A stretch of 64,000 nucleotides of DNA from an uncultured virus (IMG/VR IMGVR_UViG_3300010885_038586) (lineage: Duplodnaviria > Heunggongvirae > Uroviricota > Caudoviricetes), in IMG/VR virus record IMGVR_UViG_3300010885_038586; one strand, written 5' to 3'. Both the position numbers and the translations under genes were made by a program. Below are positions 38,601-46,608 of the stretch, piece after piece. Numbering within the stretch: position 1 is the first letter of the stretch; every line of letters begins with the position of its first letter. A model generated the notes under the pieces. That model made no database searches. It saw only the letters and a list, made by a program, of their open reading frames with translations, and was not told the DNA's origin.

Positions 38601-41600
38601 AGTTTTTCCCCTTTTTCTTTCAAAACGTTTAAGGCTTGATGACGATCCAAGAATTTACCGTCCACCATGAACCCCTCCTCCACTCCATGCTGCCGCAGGA
38701 AATCATTGGTCAACAGTTTGTCAGCCGTCTCGGCAGCTTCATCCGCATTCTCCCTTTGGTGGGGGAGTAGCATGTGCTTCTTGATCCACCCTTTCAAAAG
38801 TTCGTAGTGCGTATCCCCTCGATAATCTACCAAAGGTTTCCCATCGAACATGACAGCCACTTGCACGTCTGGACGGGAGGCACGGCTGGCAGCACTGAGC
38901 CCTTTCAACGGTCCTAGTCCCTCCAGCGGACCTGTCTCCAGCACGCGATGAGGTGTCTCGAACAACGTCAGCACCGAGGTCATGGACTGCTCCAACGCAC
39001 TGCCCGGCGCAACACGTTTGCCTGTCACCAGTTCGGCGATGCGGCGGAAAATCTCACTCAGGAGCGAGCGAAACTTGCCTGGCAATGCTCCTGGCGCGAA
39101 GTCCGCAGGAAGTGACGCGAGGAAGTCCTGAAAACCGGGGTGGGTGAATACTCCAGTGATGAACTCCTCGTTGCTGTCAAGCTCGTAATCGAATCGGGCT
39201 GCGCCGGGCAACCGCGCCAGCTTCAGGCGGATGGTGTTCAGAGCGTGAACAGCGTCCAACTCCACGTCGCCTTGCGGGTCGCGGATCTTCGCCAGCGTGA
39301 CGTGGTGCAGTGCTTCATGCAGCAGTGTGCCGAGCGCGTCCACTTTGCCGCGTCCGACCTGACGTATATTGACCGCGATGGCTGAACGACCTTTGTTGTG
39401 TGAATACTCTCCTGCATAGGGACGGCGACCATCCGCCACGATGTGCAGGTCCATGTTGGCGAACAACGGCAGCTTCGACAACATGCGAGCAATCCCTTGG
39501 TAAATGCGCGACAACGACTTGTCCTCGGCCATCGAGGCAAAAGCCTGTTGGAAGTTGAAGTTCTCATGCACTCCCGGTGTGACGGGAATGTGCTTGCCTG
39601 CTTTGCGGCTGTTCTGCTCTTGCGTGTAGATGTATCGCGGGGCTTCGGACAGCGCGGTGACGGGGCGAGAGAGACGAGCGGTGGGCACCACAGCAGTCTG
39701 CGGCTTGCCGTTCCAGTTGTAGTGGAACTCGGCTTTGCCGTTCTGCACTGCGCCGACGGTGCCAACCACGGGATGTCCGTTGATGGTTGTCGCGGCGGGA
39801 GCGTTGGGCTGCGGAGTCCAGTTCTCTACTTCTTCCCGCCGTTCTTCCTCTGCACGGAGTACGCTATCGCGAGGCTCTGTGCTTTCGACTTCCCGGCTTT
39901 GATCTCCTGACGCAGGTTCTTCACGAACGCCGTTTTCGAGGGTTTCTGGGTTAGGGGCATGGTCTTGGGTGGGTTGAATTTCGGTAGCAGGAGTGAATTT
40001 AGCCACGATTTCTGAGGTGGGGTACCGAGGCCAATATACCAGCAGGTTCGGATTTGTGGCGCTAAGTGGTTTGAATCCGCGTTGCTTATACCACCCAAGG
40101 GTTTGTTCTTGACTGTGCGATCCGGTCGAGTTTACCTCATTGATGATAGGCAATCCTGCGTAATCGGCATACTCCTTCAACTGATCCAAAATCTGGGTGC
40201 CTGCGCCCGTGCCTTTCTTCTTGGAAACGAGCTGGTTGAAATAATATGCTTTGGGTATTCCTTCCACCTGCGGATTGACGAGAGACATGGTGCCAATGGT
40301 TCCAGTCTCCTTGCTATGGAACTGTACCGTTTCTTTCAATTCTGCATCAGATCGTGCAATCGTGTGGTCGCGATAGTACCTCTTATCGGCCTCGATTTTG
40401 TCGCCTTCTGTTTCCACACTTTCATTTTCAGCGAAACGCTTTCCAAGTTTTAGTAGGTGATCGACCCCGGCTGGGCGGGGCAGATTCAGTCCCAGTGCCT
40501 GCATGTAGCGTTCCACTAACCGGGGGTTGGCTTGGAGCGTGATCCTCGCTTCTTTCTCTGGAATCCTGCCTAGCTCGCGGAGTTGCTGGAGAACTTGGAG
40601 CTTGTCGCTCTGCTCGTCAGGGCGAATTTCTGCGGTTGACGGTATATCAGATGTAGATACTATATCTCCGGTAACGTCAGGGATCGACCCCCCTGCCGGT
40701 TCAGTCTGAACACTCTGGCTACCCCCAGCGACCTTAGCCCGGTCGCTGGGGGTTTCTGTTTCAGTGGTAACGGGGGAAACTCGTGGTGCTTCGGCGGCGA
40801 CTTGCTCAGACATTGCGGCCTGCGACGCTTTCAACGCTTCGACCGTGGCGGGCGCAAGCGCGGCACCAGCGGCGACGTTGTCGTTCATCTCCTGCGTGAT
40901 GGCGGGATCGACACCTTCAACGGGTGCGACCACCTCGGGCAGTGTGATGTAGCCTTTGCGGGCCATCGCTTTGAGGGTGTCAGGACCACCCGGTTCGGCT
41001 GCATACATTGCCACGTCTTCCGGCGTCAGGTCTGAGCCGGGCGGGATGTGCGCGATAGTCTGACCATTGACTTGCACGGGGATGGGTTCGCCGGGGGCGC
41101 GGTACTCGGTCGCACCCTCCATGGCGGCACGGCGGGCAAACTCGGTGTCTTCTGGCGTGGTCGGTGTTGATCCTGCCGGGATGGTGGTCGAGCCACGGTA
41201 GCCGCCGATAGCGCCACCAGCACCACCCAGCAAAGCGATCTGCATGGCGAGATCGGGCGCGGTCTTGCTGAACTCATCGACGATCTGCGTTACCGGCTTG
41301 GTCGGGTCAATCGTGCGCTGCTCAATCACCTGCGACGCGGCTTCGTCCAGAAGCTCTTCGGGGATTTCCATCGTCGCTCCTTTGGGGATAGCCTTCAGCG
41401 CTGCAATCAGTCGGCTCTTGACCAGTTCCTTGCCTCCTTCACCAGTGATCAGTGCTGATTCTGCGCCGGTCTTGCCGAACGCGGCAGTCAGTCCAGCGGT
41501 GATGAGGCCAGAGGTGATGGCGGCATTGCGTGAGGCAGTGAGCGCCTCTTCCTCGGTCGCGCCGTTCTTGCGCAACTCGGTGTAGGTCGAAGGGAACTGC

Positions 41601-42739
41601 GCACCTGCGGTCTGTAAGCCGGATAGCCCGGCAGCCACGGTCATGCTGCCACCCGAGAGCGCGGCGGGCGCGATGGCCGCTGCCATGGGTACCGCCAATC
41701 GGGCGGCACCGGCTACGGTGCTTGCCCCTGTAGCTTTATTCTGCCCTTCGAGTCGTGCCACTTCGCCAAGGTCTTCCCCCGCTTTCGCCACGTCGGCGGC
41801 GTGCTCGGCCAGCCTGCCGCTGTTGGAGAGCATGGCGGCAGCACCGACGGCCTGGGATGCAGTATCAACGCCACCCTGCATCAGACCGGTGCCGACGGCG
41901 CTCATGAGTTTGCGGAAGTCGCTACGACCCTCCATGGTCTTCATGTACCGCAGTGCCTTATCTTCGGGTGGCAGCTTGCGGACTTCTGCTGGCTGCTCGG
42001 TCTCCCAAACAGGGAAGCTCTGGGTGCCGGGGATCGGGGATTCCCCCATGATGTTGAAAGCTCGCAGTGCTTCCGTCGCCACTTGCTTGCGTTTGGAAGT
42101 GAAGTCGGCCAAAGCGCGGGCCTTCGCTTCGGGCGGTGCATCAGACGCGGCAACGGCAGCACGGTACTTGTCCTTGTCGAGCACCAACGCAGGGTCGGTG
42201 TAGAGGTCACTGCCCAGTATGGCGGTGGGGCGCTCACCTTTGAGCGCGGCTTTCGCTTCTTGGGCCTGCTGAAGTTGCTCGGGGGCGAAGCGACTTCCCA
42301 CCTCGTCCAGTTTTGCCTGCGCTTCGACGCGAGGTCTGTCGAGAATCTCGGCAACGCGAGGATTGACCGGCATGCCACGATCTGCACCAGCAGTGACGCC
42401 GCGATTCATGGCGGCATCCTTCAAAGCATACTGCGCCTTCTCCAATTCGTCGTAGTCAGCGAGTGTCTTCTGCTGTGCAGCGGTGCGATCTTTGACCTGC
42501 TGCGTGTAGCTCTTGGTGGCAGTTTCTTCGTCAAAAGGTTGACCGGTTTTGAGCGACTCGTTGCGAGCCTTTTCCGTGGCGATGAAGCGATGCACGCCAG
42601 CAGGGTCAATCTGCTCGGGGTCTTCCTCGGCCAAGGAGTTGAGAACGCTCTTGTGCCACTCGTCGTGCAGAGATGCTTTGTCCTGCGGGTCGAGAACACC
42701 GAACTCGGGTTGCTTTTCAACGTCTTCCCAAGTGTTCAT
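32615..42739 (-). CDS. Giant virion ejection / large polyvalent protein (3374 aa)
   Basis: Gly/Ala-rich N-region; GNAT-like, HExxH zincin (LLHEALHH), ParB-like (LIDGHHR) and ART-like (YLTD...AEQY...GYDS...QIKSA) segments; helical C-region. Confidence 0.9.
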   Translation of the reverse strand: MNTWEDVEKQPEFGVLDPQDKASLHDEWHKSVLNSLAEEDPEQIDPAGVHRFIATEKARNESLKTGQPFDEETATKSYTQQVKDRTAAQQKTLADYDELEKAQYALKDAAMNRGVTAGADRGMPVNPRVAEILDRPRVEAQAKLDEVGSRFAPEQLQQAQEAKAALKGERPTAILGSDLYTDPALVLDKDKYRAAVAASDAPPEAKARALADFTSKRKQVATEALRAFNIMGESPIPGTQSFPVWETEQPAEVRKLPPEDKALRYMKTMEGRSDFRKLMSAVGTGLMQGGVDTASQAVGAAAMLSNSGRLAEHAADVAKAGEDLGEVARLEGQNKATGASTVAGAARLAVPMAAAIAPAALSGGSMTVAAGLSGLQTAGAQFPSTYTELRKNGATEEEALTASRNAAITSGLITAGLTAAFGKTGAESALITGEGGKELVKSRLIAALKAIPKGATMEIPEELLDEAASQVIEQRTIDPTKPVTQIVDEFSKTAPDLAMQIALLGGAGGAIGGYRGSTTIPAGSTPTTPEDTEFARRAAMEGATEYRAPGEPIPVQVNGQTIAHIPPGSDLTPEDVAMYAAEPGGPDTLKAMARKGYITLPEVVAPVEGVDPAITQEMNDNVAAGAALAPATVEALKASQAAMSEQVAAEAPRVSPVTTETETPSDRAKVAGGSQSVQTEPAGGSIPDVTGDIVSTSDIPSTAEIRPDEQSDKLQVLQQLRELGRIPEKEARITLQANPRLVERYMQALGLNLPRPAGVDHLLKLGKRFAENESVETEGDKIEADKRYYRDHTIARSDAELKETVQFHSKETGTIGTMSLVNPQVEGIPKAYYFNQLVSKKKGTGAGTQILDQLKEYADYAGLPIINEVNSTGSHSQEQTLGWYKQRGFKPLSATNPNLLVYWPRYPTSEIVAKFTPATEIQPTQDHAPNPETLENGVREEPASGDQSREVESTEPRDSVLRAEEERREEVENWTPQPNAPAATTINGHPVVGTVGAVQNGKAEFHYNWNGKPQTAVVPTARLSRPVTALSEAPRYIYTQEQNSRKAGKHIPVTPGVHENFNFQQAFASMAEDKSLSRIYQGIARMLSKLPLFANMDLHIVADGRRPYAGEYSHNKGRSAIAVNIRQVGRGKVDALGTLLHEALHHVTLAKIRDPQGDVELDAVHALNTIRLKLARLPGAARFDYELDSNEEFITGVFTHPGFQDFLASLPADFAPGALPGKFRSLLSEIFRRIAELVTGKRVAPGSALEQSMTSVLTLFETPHRVLETGPLEGLGPLKGLSAASRASRPDVQVAVMFDGKPLVDYRGDTHYELLKGWIKKHMLLPHQRENADEAAETADKLLTNDFLRQHGVEEGFMVDGKFLDRHQALNVLKEKGEKLPVATQEGRDWLDSEDLHHLSAASRAEGYRSPADLLADTAAKMRGGNAEKPKGLSSMFNSKPRRPVIEIDPSQIETIPEDQAVAEQDQAANNKRWQDAQKSNEPIHVLQLPSGKYRLIDGHHRLLDRVAKGQPIMATVEQQSTVNVAKPFAVGGAGVEMLVPGTAASLAENGVTPEQDAEYMQAVRDGDAAKQQAMVDAAAKAAGYKVSTDGYWRAGEDQTPDNSYLTDSPETAEQYSTNSQIIRRVFYKKGKSLDLWAGGGKPLLEKVSGIQADSPYTFTELNKQPVRDAVWSKGYDSIEFEDMNNDGGEHWAVLVKNGNQIKSADPITRDAEGNVIPLSQRFNPESNSTLYAAPIHPSQSDEQRGGRSDLPEGVRGAGASVAKAEGSGDAASLLARLDAGREKAVSAAVAESDWENYTPEQKIKAVNSLIRSVYLAAEHSLRAAFRGVGGILFTRGDEGSASARGIVGPEGRLQLVLTYDHSERIREAIENGAESRDLFNYAYDVAQEEIIHAADKVAAFRRWDAAGRPGTYEGFSNREALHTFNQINQARRDLQRTDPAAAQKIEDAMLASWEVYHNEPVEGLPGLVRRLEERDEKGEKVFPPSAYLYELRRQLTQLKRQDFTTETGWKKFRNMLEKWLTDTINALRGVQDIFRSGMAGDLIQKQLADLEAALDGKPLPRGPVLSQVEPPSTTDIGGEAEPANGEGKQLYQKKPTAIGSTYTTPADITLQEKRTQEETLAKARSIIGESVAVDGPIKGRRAALDRFRLDTSIPPEVRAAGTGLIAQQTDILANLEEGNQQLLLDEMTDEAAKLSGVIASDPDSFKNLKADANLNIDKMAEEAGRTLNIFNVFRRLTPEGFLRRMTRKYNDAVREKVGQNFDVPVEKVESEIALLRRLARESTSPERRKAILAAIKAYQQHDIDAKKLIEALFPQAGFRERMNKGGEALVRNFFQMIAGPRDGKGPLAEFDESIQGALSDMLRKVMEAQGLVAKNASNQMTDIDKMVRSVSGDELRFDKIAAADAEMQKELAKIPDPERRATLQQAWEEATSKMYTNIASGASVRRAINAELKDLKVDWTKLFDTNQSPAATRSKVVDAVMKKIEGLLTDPNDPTVQRNLGMLRDEVGAAFDFITSNKHTAWLAQREAVEARRRVAEHRAAFVEALRNQGVAEQAINRIGEKMAGPQRGKPDQNPVSALVGEHLKKEVPDFVDKLVALDVDRATAEQLDKAAAALRTEIAAAEKIKDAERAVQQLMKSLKPKLRAPREKIEKSLKALFTADTAGALDDQAFFDAFGEAFGLPPLSAEQQTRIKKLVREINALPKGPARLDKQQDLDEELGLWKGIAARDVLLSAWYANILSGVSTQGMGMLGNLLNFVPRSLFNAISNPRSAGAYLKGALGEGLSTGLKEAKAAMQGRGLYKVSKYGDKNIVNALELLRKKGPSTLPEWVAYIASAGTRMRYVFRIMQAIDALAWNTAREGHAYLAAHRALLEQEKESGEKRSPEEFYKAFIDSLGGDTAQIEEDLRAARQTLIDAGQTPALLTVDRMAREARNARRAASGTKAGNRFADRIVLQQEPEGSGKFISKLVDAFQKELNILGLPVGQLLIPFNKIVSNLFEQSLDYTPVGLARAVLGGHLSDVKAGSLWNGQVDFKEGTVQFDQMERRERAMAAVAGMAAAAIMYALAHAHKDDPDEDVPFMVYGWGPESKTKRAQMPKGWVPYSVKMGDHYVKFSEMPFGMMFAAAGSAMDAMRYKNMDKKTSAQRLAYILKTSVKGFLNQGVMSSLDTAMESVMFQASDKKMSDIPVNAAKGLLPAQGLLRDINTIFDPNKVSSDSLTSALLRDIPFAKSYGTKPDLNVFGEPIKMDGYPILRRITTHREPHAVADYLGRNDLHIPGMEQTIEIGKYLPKEAHDRIKRRAIELGAMENGLFTPEQNYTFKRRAGELTKAAVQELVTSVPKIANDVQRKHVQSIIDKKVENARRRAMLEAIPVK
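39826..39960 (-). CDS. Nested small basic phage protein in an alternative frame
   Basis: MPLTQKPSKTAFVKNLRQEIKAGKSKAQSLAIAYSVQRKNGGKK resembles the common phage MPL...N...E.KAGK...QA.AIAYS family. Confidence 0.7.
   Translation of the reverse strand: MPLTQKPSKTAFVKNLRQEIKAGKSKAQSLAIAYSVQRKNGGKK
40636..40761 (+). ncRNA. Putative antisense sRNA unit (promoter plus terminator)
   Basis: TTGACG-16-TACTAT at 40636-40663; 13-bp hairpin at 40721-40753 followed by TTCTGTTT. Confidence 0.55.
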
Positions 42740-43629
42740 GGTGTTGTTGGTTTGAGGAGTCCCATCTTACTGAGCAAAGACTTTTTAGCCTCCGCACTGG
42801 TGGTCGGAACAACGGCAGCGGGGGACGTTGCCAACGGTGATTTCGCTTTGTAGAGTTGACCCAAAGCATCCGTCACCAACTTCATCTCCGTCATAGTTTC
42901 GGATGAAGGTTCTCCGCCACCAGTCAGACTGGCTTTCTCGGCGGCGGCACGATCCTTGAGAACGTGGTAGTATTTCTCCAATGCTTGCGCTTGCGGATCA
43001 CGATGAAACATGGTCCCCTCTTTCTTTTGCGCGATGTGAAAGTTGACGTGCGCGGGGTCGTGGCGTTCGGCCACCAACGCCTCTGCCTCATCGGGGCTGT
43101 ACCCGGCTTTGCCGAGTTCACCCGCAGCCATGCGCTTCGCCATGAAGGTGTCCGCCATGTCGCGTGCGGCGAGGGTGCCGTGACCAGCCGCAACGGCTTC
43201 GTGGAAAATCTGCCGGGCTTCTGGATCGGCGATCTTCATCGCGACCGTGTTGGCGAGCCGCTGATCAGCGTAGGAAGGCTCGAACTGTTGCTGGTGCCGC
43301 AGCACTTCATTGTAGCGTGGAGAAGCAGCCATGGCTGGCCCCTCTGTTTCAAGGAACTTTTGCCGAGCGGACAACTCAGGCATCTGTAGCATCTGATCCA
43401 CCTTGTCCTCGGCAGCCCGTTTGCGGGCTGCTTCTGCGCGGGCGTCTTCTTGGGCTGCACGCCTGTCCTGTGCCGCCTGATACTCTTCCTGCGCTGCTTG
43501 GTCTTCCGCCGCAGACTGCACCGCAGCATCCGACCATCCGCCGAGAGCGCCTGCGGACACGTCGGGTGTGCCGAACAGGACGTTGGCGGGGCGGCGGGAG
43601 ATGCCGAGTTGAGCAAAGGGGTCGGCCAT
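42736..43629 (-). CDS. Putative internal virion/ejection protein
   Basis: Helical Ala/Gln-rich protein coupled to the giant gene. Confidence 0.7.
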   Translation of the reverse strand: MADPFAQLGISRRPANVLFGTPDVSAGALGGWSDAAVQSAAEDQAAQEEYQAAQDRRAAQEDARAEAARKRAAEDKVDQMLQMPELSARQKFLETEGPAMAASPRYNEVLRHQQQFEPSYADQRLANTVAMKIADPEARQIFHEAVAAGHGTLAARDMADTFMAKRMAAGELGKAGYSPDEAEALVAERHDPAHVNFHIAQKKEGTMFHRDPQAQALEKYYHVLKDRAAAEKASLTGGGEPSSETMTEMKLVTDALGQLYKAKSPLATSPAAVVPTTSAEAKKSLLSKMGLLKPTTP

Positions 43630-43631
43630 GG

Positions 43632-44570
43632 TCAGGTTGCGTTTTGCGCAGTGGCTTGGAACCACGGGGCGGGGTTCATGTTGACGGTGGCTCGGGCACC
43701 AGCGCGGAAGGCTTTGGCCTCGTCATTGAGGAAGTTCAGTCCGCGAGTGAAGCTGGCATCAGCGGCATCAGGGTCGGTGGCGTCCTCGAACAAGCGCGAT
43801 TGGATACCGGCACGAAGGGCGGAGATGTTGCCGGGGATCACGAAGTCGGTCTCGGCAACCAGTGGGATGAACCGACGTTGGCAGATGATGCGAATCTCTT
43901 TCTCGCAGACACCGGTTTGGTAGCGGTGATACACCGGCACCGTCTCGTTCGGCTGGTAGGTAGCCAGCAGGGTCTCCGTGGTGCCATCCCAGCCTTTGAG
44001 GTACACACGGGACTTGGTCAGGTTCTTGGTAAGCCCAGTGATTTTGTCGTATTGGTTGGCGGTGGAGACGAAGGGCGATGCCAATGTCACCTGCTCGCCT
44101 TCGTTGCCGTTGGCATCATATACGATGTTGCCGTTCAGTTGCCCATAGACGCGCACCACTTTGCCGTTGTCTCCAGCGGACGAGTAGATGCGCAGGGTGC
44201 TCGCCGTGGTGGGGTCTGCTTGGGTGCAGAAGTTGTCCCCAAGACTGAGCAGGATGCCCGGCCAGTGCAACGCTTCATCGACTTCGCCCGGCCCCTCCTC
44301 AACGTATTGGTGAAACTCGGTGAACGTCGGGTAGGGAATGCTGTCGTAGGTCATTGCCAGCACGGCGGCGTAGTTGAACGGCAAGGTGATAACGCCCGTA
44401 GAAGAAGCGATCTTTAGAGTGATGACACTGCCCTTCCACTTACCGCTGTTGATGTACCGTTCGGACACCTCGTTGAGCATGGTGAGGAACAGCGGATCAT
44501 TAGGATCAGCCGAGTTGACCATCGGGTAAAGGATGGCTCGCACCGGTGCTAAAGTGAGGCGGCTGTTCAT
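43632..44570 (-). CDS. Putative head-tail adaptor / tail tubular protein
   Basis: LNE..ER.....W N-terminus and C-terminal helices typical of podoviral adaptors; position in the module. Confidence 0.6.
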   Translation of the reverse strand: MNSRLTLAPVRAILYPMVNSADPNDPLFLTMLNEVSERYINSGKWKGSVITLKIASSTGVITLPFNYAAVLAMTYDSIPYPTFTEFHQYVEEGPGEVDEALHWPGILLSLGDNFCTQADPTTASTLRIYSSAGDNGKVVRVYGQLNGNIVYDANGNEGEQVTLASPFVSTANQYDKITGLTKNLTKSRVYLKGWDGTTETLLATYQPNETVPVYHRYQTGVCEKEIRIICQRRFIPLVAETDFVIPGNISALRAGIQSRLFEDATDPDAADASFTRGLNFLNDEAKAFRAGARATVNMNPAPWFQATAQNAT

Positions 44571-45991
44571 TAGTCGAGATCCTCGTCAACGGCGTCCTGA
44601 ATGACCTGTTCTGGATCAGCGTCAGGGTCTGCCTCTTTGATCTTCTTCTTGGCGTCTGCCAGTGCTTTCTGGTCGGAGGTTGTGCCCAGATCGGCCATGG
44701 AACTGCCGAGACTTCCCGCTGCGGACTGGCGGATGGAGGCGGGACTCATAGCTGCGCCAGTGGCGGGCAAGTTCGGGCTGACTCCTCGGGCGCGGGAGCT
44801 GGCTGCGCCGGGAGTGTCATTTATAGTCGTGCCGGGCGCGGTTGTGGCAGGGAAAGTGCTTGGCGTCGAGGCACCGAAAGCGGAGTTGATGTCCTGTCGA
44901 GACATGCCCACCGGTCCACTGGAGCCGGATTCTGGAAGAGGGGCGCTGAAGGCGGAGTTGATGTCCTGTCGAGACATGCCTACGGGACCGGCGGAAGTCG
45001 GGGTTGAGGCGGCTGCGGACTGACGGATGGCTGCGGGGCTGGACAAGTCTCCCCGCGATTGTGGACCGTACTTGGTGTTCTGCACTTGCTCTTGCTCTTG
45101 AGTCCATTGTCCTGCGGGCACCGTGCGACCCTGTGGATCGGTCAGCGTTCCCGGTGCTTGGCCGGGCTGGCGGGTGACGTTGCTGCCCGTGCCGTACTTG
45201 CTGGAGATGCTACGACGGAAATCTGCGGCTTGAGTGGGGCGACCGCCATCAGTCGATGGTGTCAGACCGGTGGTACCGGAAGTGCTCACAGTGCGCCCTG
45301 TGCTAGCATCACGAGTCATCTGGCGCATCTCGGCAGGGGTGCCGACGGGCGGGCGGGAGTCGGAGGCAGGGTTGCCCTGGAAGTCTTTTGCTCCTTTACC
45401 ATCGCTGACCGGTGCAACGGGCTGGCGCACAGTGGAAGGATCAACCGGGTTCATCGAGGCCAGCCCTTTTTCAGGAGCACCTGCGGGTGCAGTGCTTTCA
45501 CCACCCTTGAAGGCGTTCTTGATCTCATCATCCGACATGCCCACTTTGGATGTCCCTGCCTTGTCCGCATGCGCCGCTGCGGTCGCGGCGGCACGCTGGC
45601 GTAACTCACGTGGAGAAGAATTGCTCTTCGGCACTACCTGGTTTTTCGAGTTGATCATCAAATTTTCCCGGTGCAGCCGCTGCGCTTCCGTCAAAGCGGC
45701 TTCATTGGACAACCCTTGGTTCTTGAGCTTGTGGAGATCAATCGGGTCGTGAGGTGGCGGCTGGTGGTAGCCGTGCATGTGATTCATCGGCGCACCACCG
45801 TTGGCGTCGAAACCGAGAAACCCTTTGTCGGGGCGACCACTACTCGCGTGCTGCGGACCGGCGTGGCCGCCTCCCCCGCCGCCATGACCTTGCGGCATTT
45901 GGGGAGGCGGCGGGAAAACGCCCCCGCCGCCGAGGGGATTAGCTCGCAGGCTTTGGCGGATTGCTTTTGAGTTGGGGATTTCCAGGGCCAT
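44570..45991 (-). CDS. Low-complexity, probably disordered virion-associated protein
   Basis: Pro/Ser/Gly-rich; internal repeats GPVGMSRQDINSAF x2 and IRQS x3. Confidence 0.75.
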   Translation of the reverse strand: MALEIPNSKAIRQSLRANPLGGGGVFPPPPQMPQGHGGGGGGHAGPQHASSGRPDKGFLGFDANGGAPMNHMHGYHQPPPHDPIDLHKLKNQGLSNEAALTEAQRLHRENLMINSKNQVVPKSNSSPRELRQRAAATAAAHADKAGTSKVGMSDDEIKNAFKGGESTAPAGAPEKGLASMNPVDPSTVRQPVAPVSDGKGAKDFQGNPASDSRPPVGTPAEMRQMTRDASTGRTVSTSGTTGLTPSTDGGRPTQAADFRRSISSKYGTGSNVTRQPGQAPGTLTDPQGRTVPAGQWTQEQEQVQNTKYGPQSRGDLSSPAAIRQSAAASTPTSAGPVGMSRQDINSAFSAPLPESGSSGPVGMSRQDINSAFGASTPSTFPATTAPGTTINDTPGAASSRARGVSPNLPATGAAMSPASIRQSAAGSLGSSMADLGTTSDQKALADAKKKIKEADPDADPEQVIQDAVDEDLD

Positions 45992-46038
45992 GGTATTGAG
46001 AGGATATGGGTTCTCAGGAGGCAGTCAAATGGGATGTT

Positions 46039-46605
46039 TCAGCGGAACTTGGGGCCGAGGAACCACGTCACCAGTGAATAGCGAGTTCCCAGTTTTACGG
46101 GGGTGACTCGATGGCGGTTGAACGCTGGAAAGAAAATCACATCCCCCTGGTTCTCGAAGGTGCCTGCTGGTAGAGGGTCGTGAGTCAACTCCAGTTTGCC
46201 ACCCGTGTAGTCCTCCTTATCGGAAAGCTGGATAACCATGCTCATCTTCCGGTCATAGGGGGTGTCCTTGGTCCATTTATTGTCCTCGTGCCAGCCGTAG
46301 GTGCCGCTGTCGGTGGCGTTGTACTCGGTGAACTGGACTTCGTGGAACCCTGCAATGTCGAAGCCGAAAGCGTTCGCATTGGCTTTGAGCGCCATGCAAG
46401 TAATGCGGTCGTAGAGGGTTGCCAGCAACGGATCGGTGCGGGATAGCCACCGCACCTTGGACCGGCGCAAGTGGTCATCTACCTCACTTTTACCGCCATG
46501 CCCGACCGTAGCTGTCACCGGGTCAAAGGTCAGCCCGTACTCGATGATCTGCTTGCACTCGTCTTTCGTGAGTGCGCCATTGAATGATTGCCACCAAAAT
46601 TTCAT
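46039..46605 (-). CDS. 2OG-Fe(II) oxygenase, prolyl-4-hydroxylase-like
   Basis: Y.WHED, RKMS..IQLS...YTGG, G....FP...HRVTPV..GTRYSLVTW. Confidence 0.93.
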   Translation of the reverse strand: MKFWWQSFNGALTKDECKQIIEYGLTFDPVTATVGHGGKSEVDDHLRRSKVRWLSRTDPLLATLYDRITCMALKANANAFGFDIAGFHEVQFTEYNATDSGTYGWHEDNKWTKDTPYDRKMSMVIQLSDKEDYTGGKLELTHDPLPAGTFENQGDVIFFPAFNRHRVTPVKLGTRYSLVTWFLGPKFR

Positions 46606-46608
46606 AAG

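Noticed and set aside
32615..42739. Tape-measure protein or virion RNA polymerase
   Set aside because: No tail tube or chaperone context and no RNAP catalytic motifs recognised; the domain mix fits a polyvalent ejection protein.
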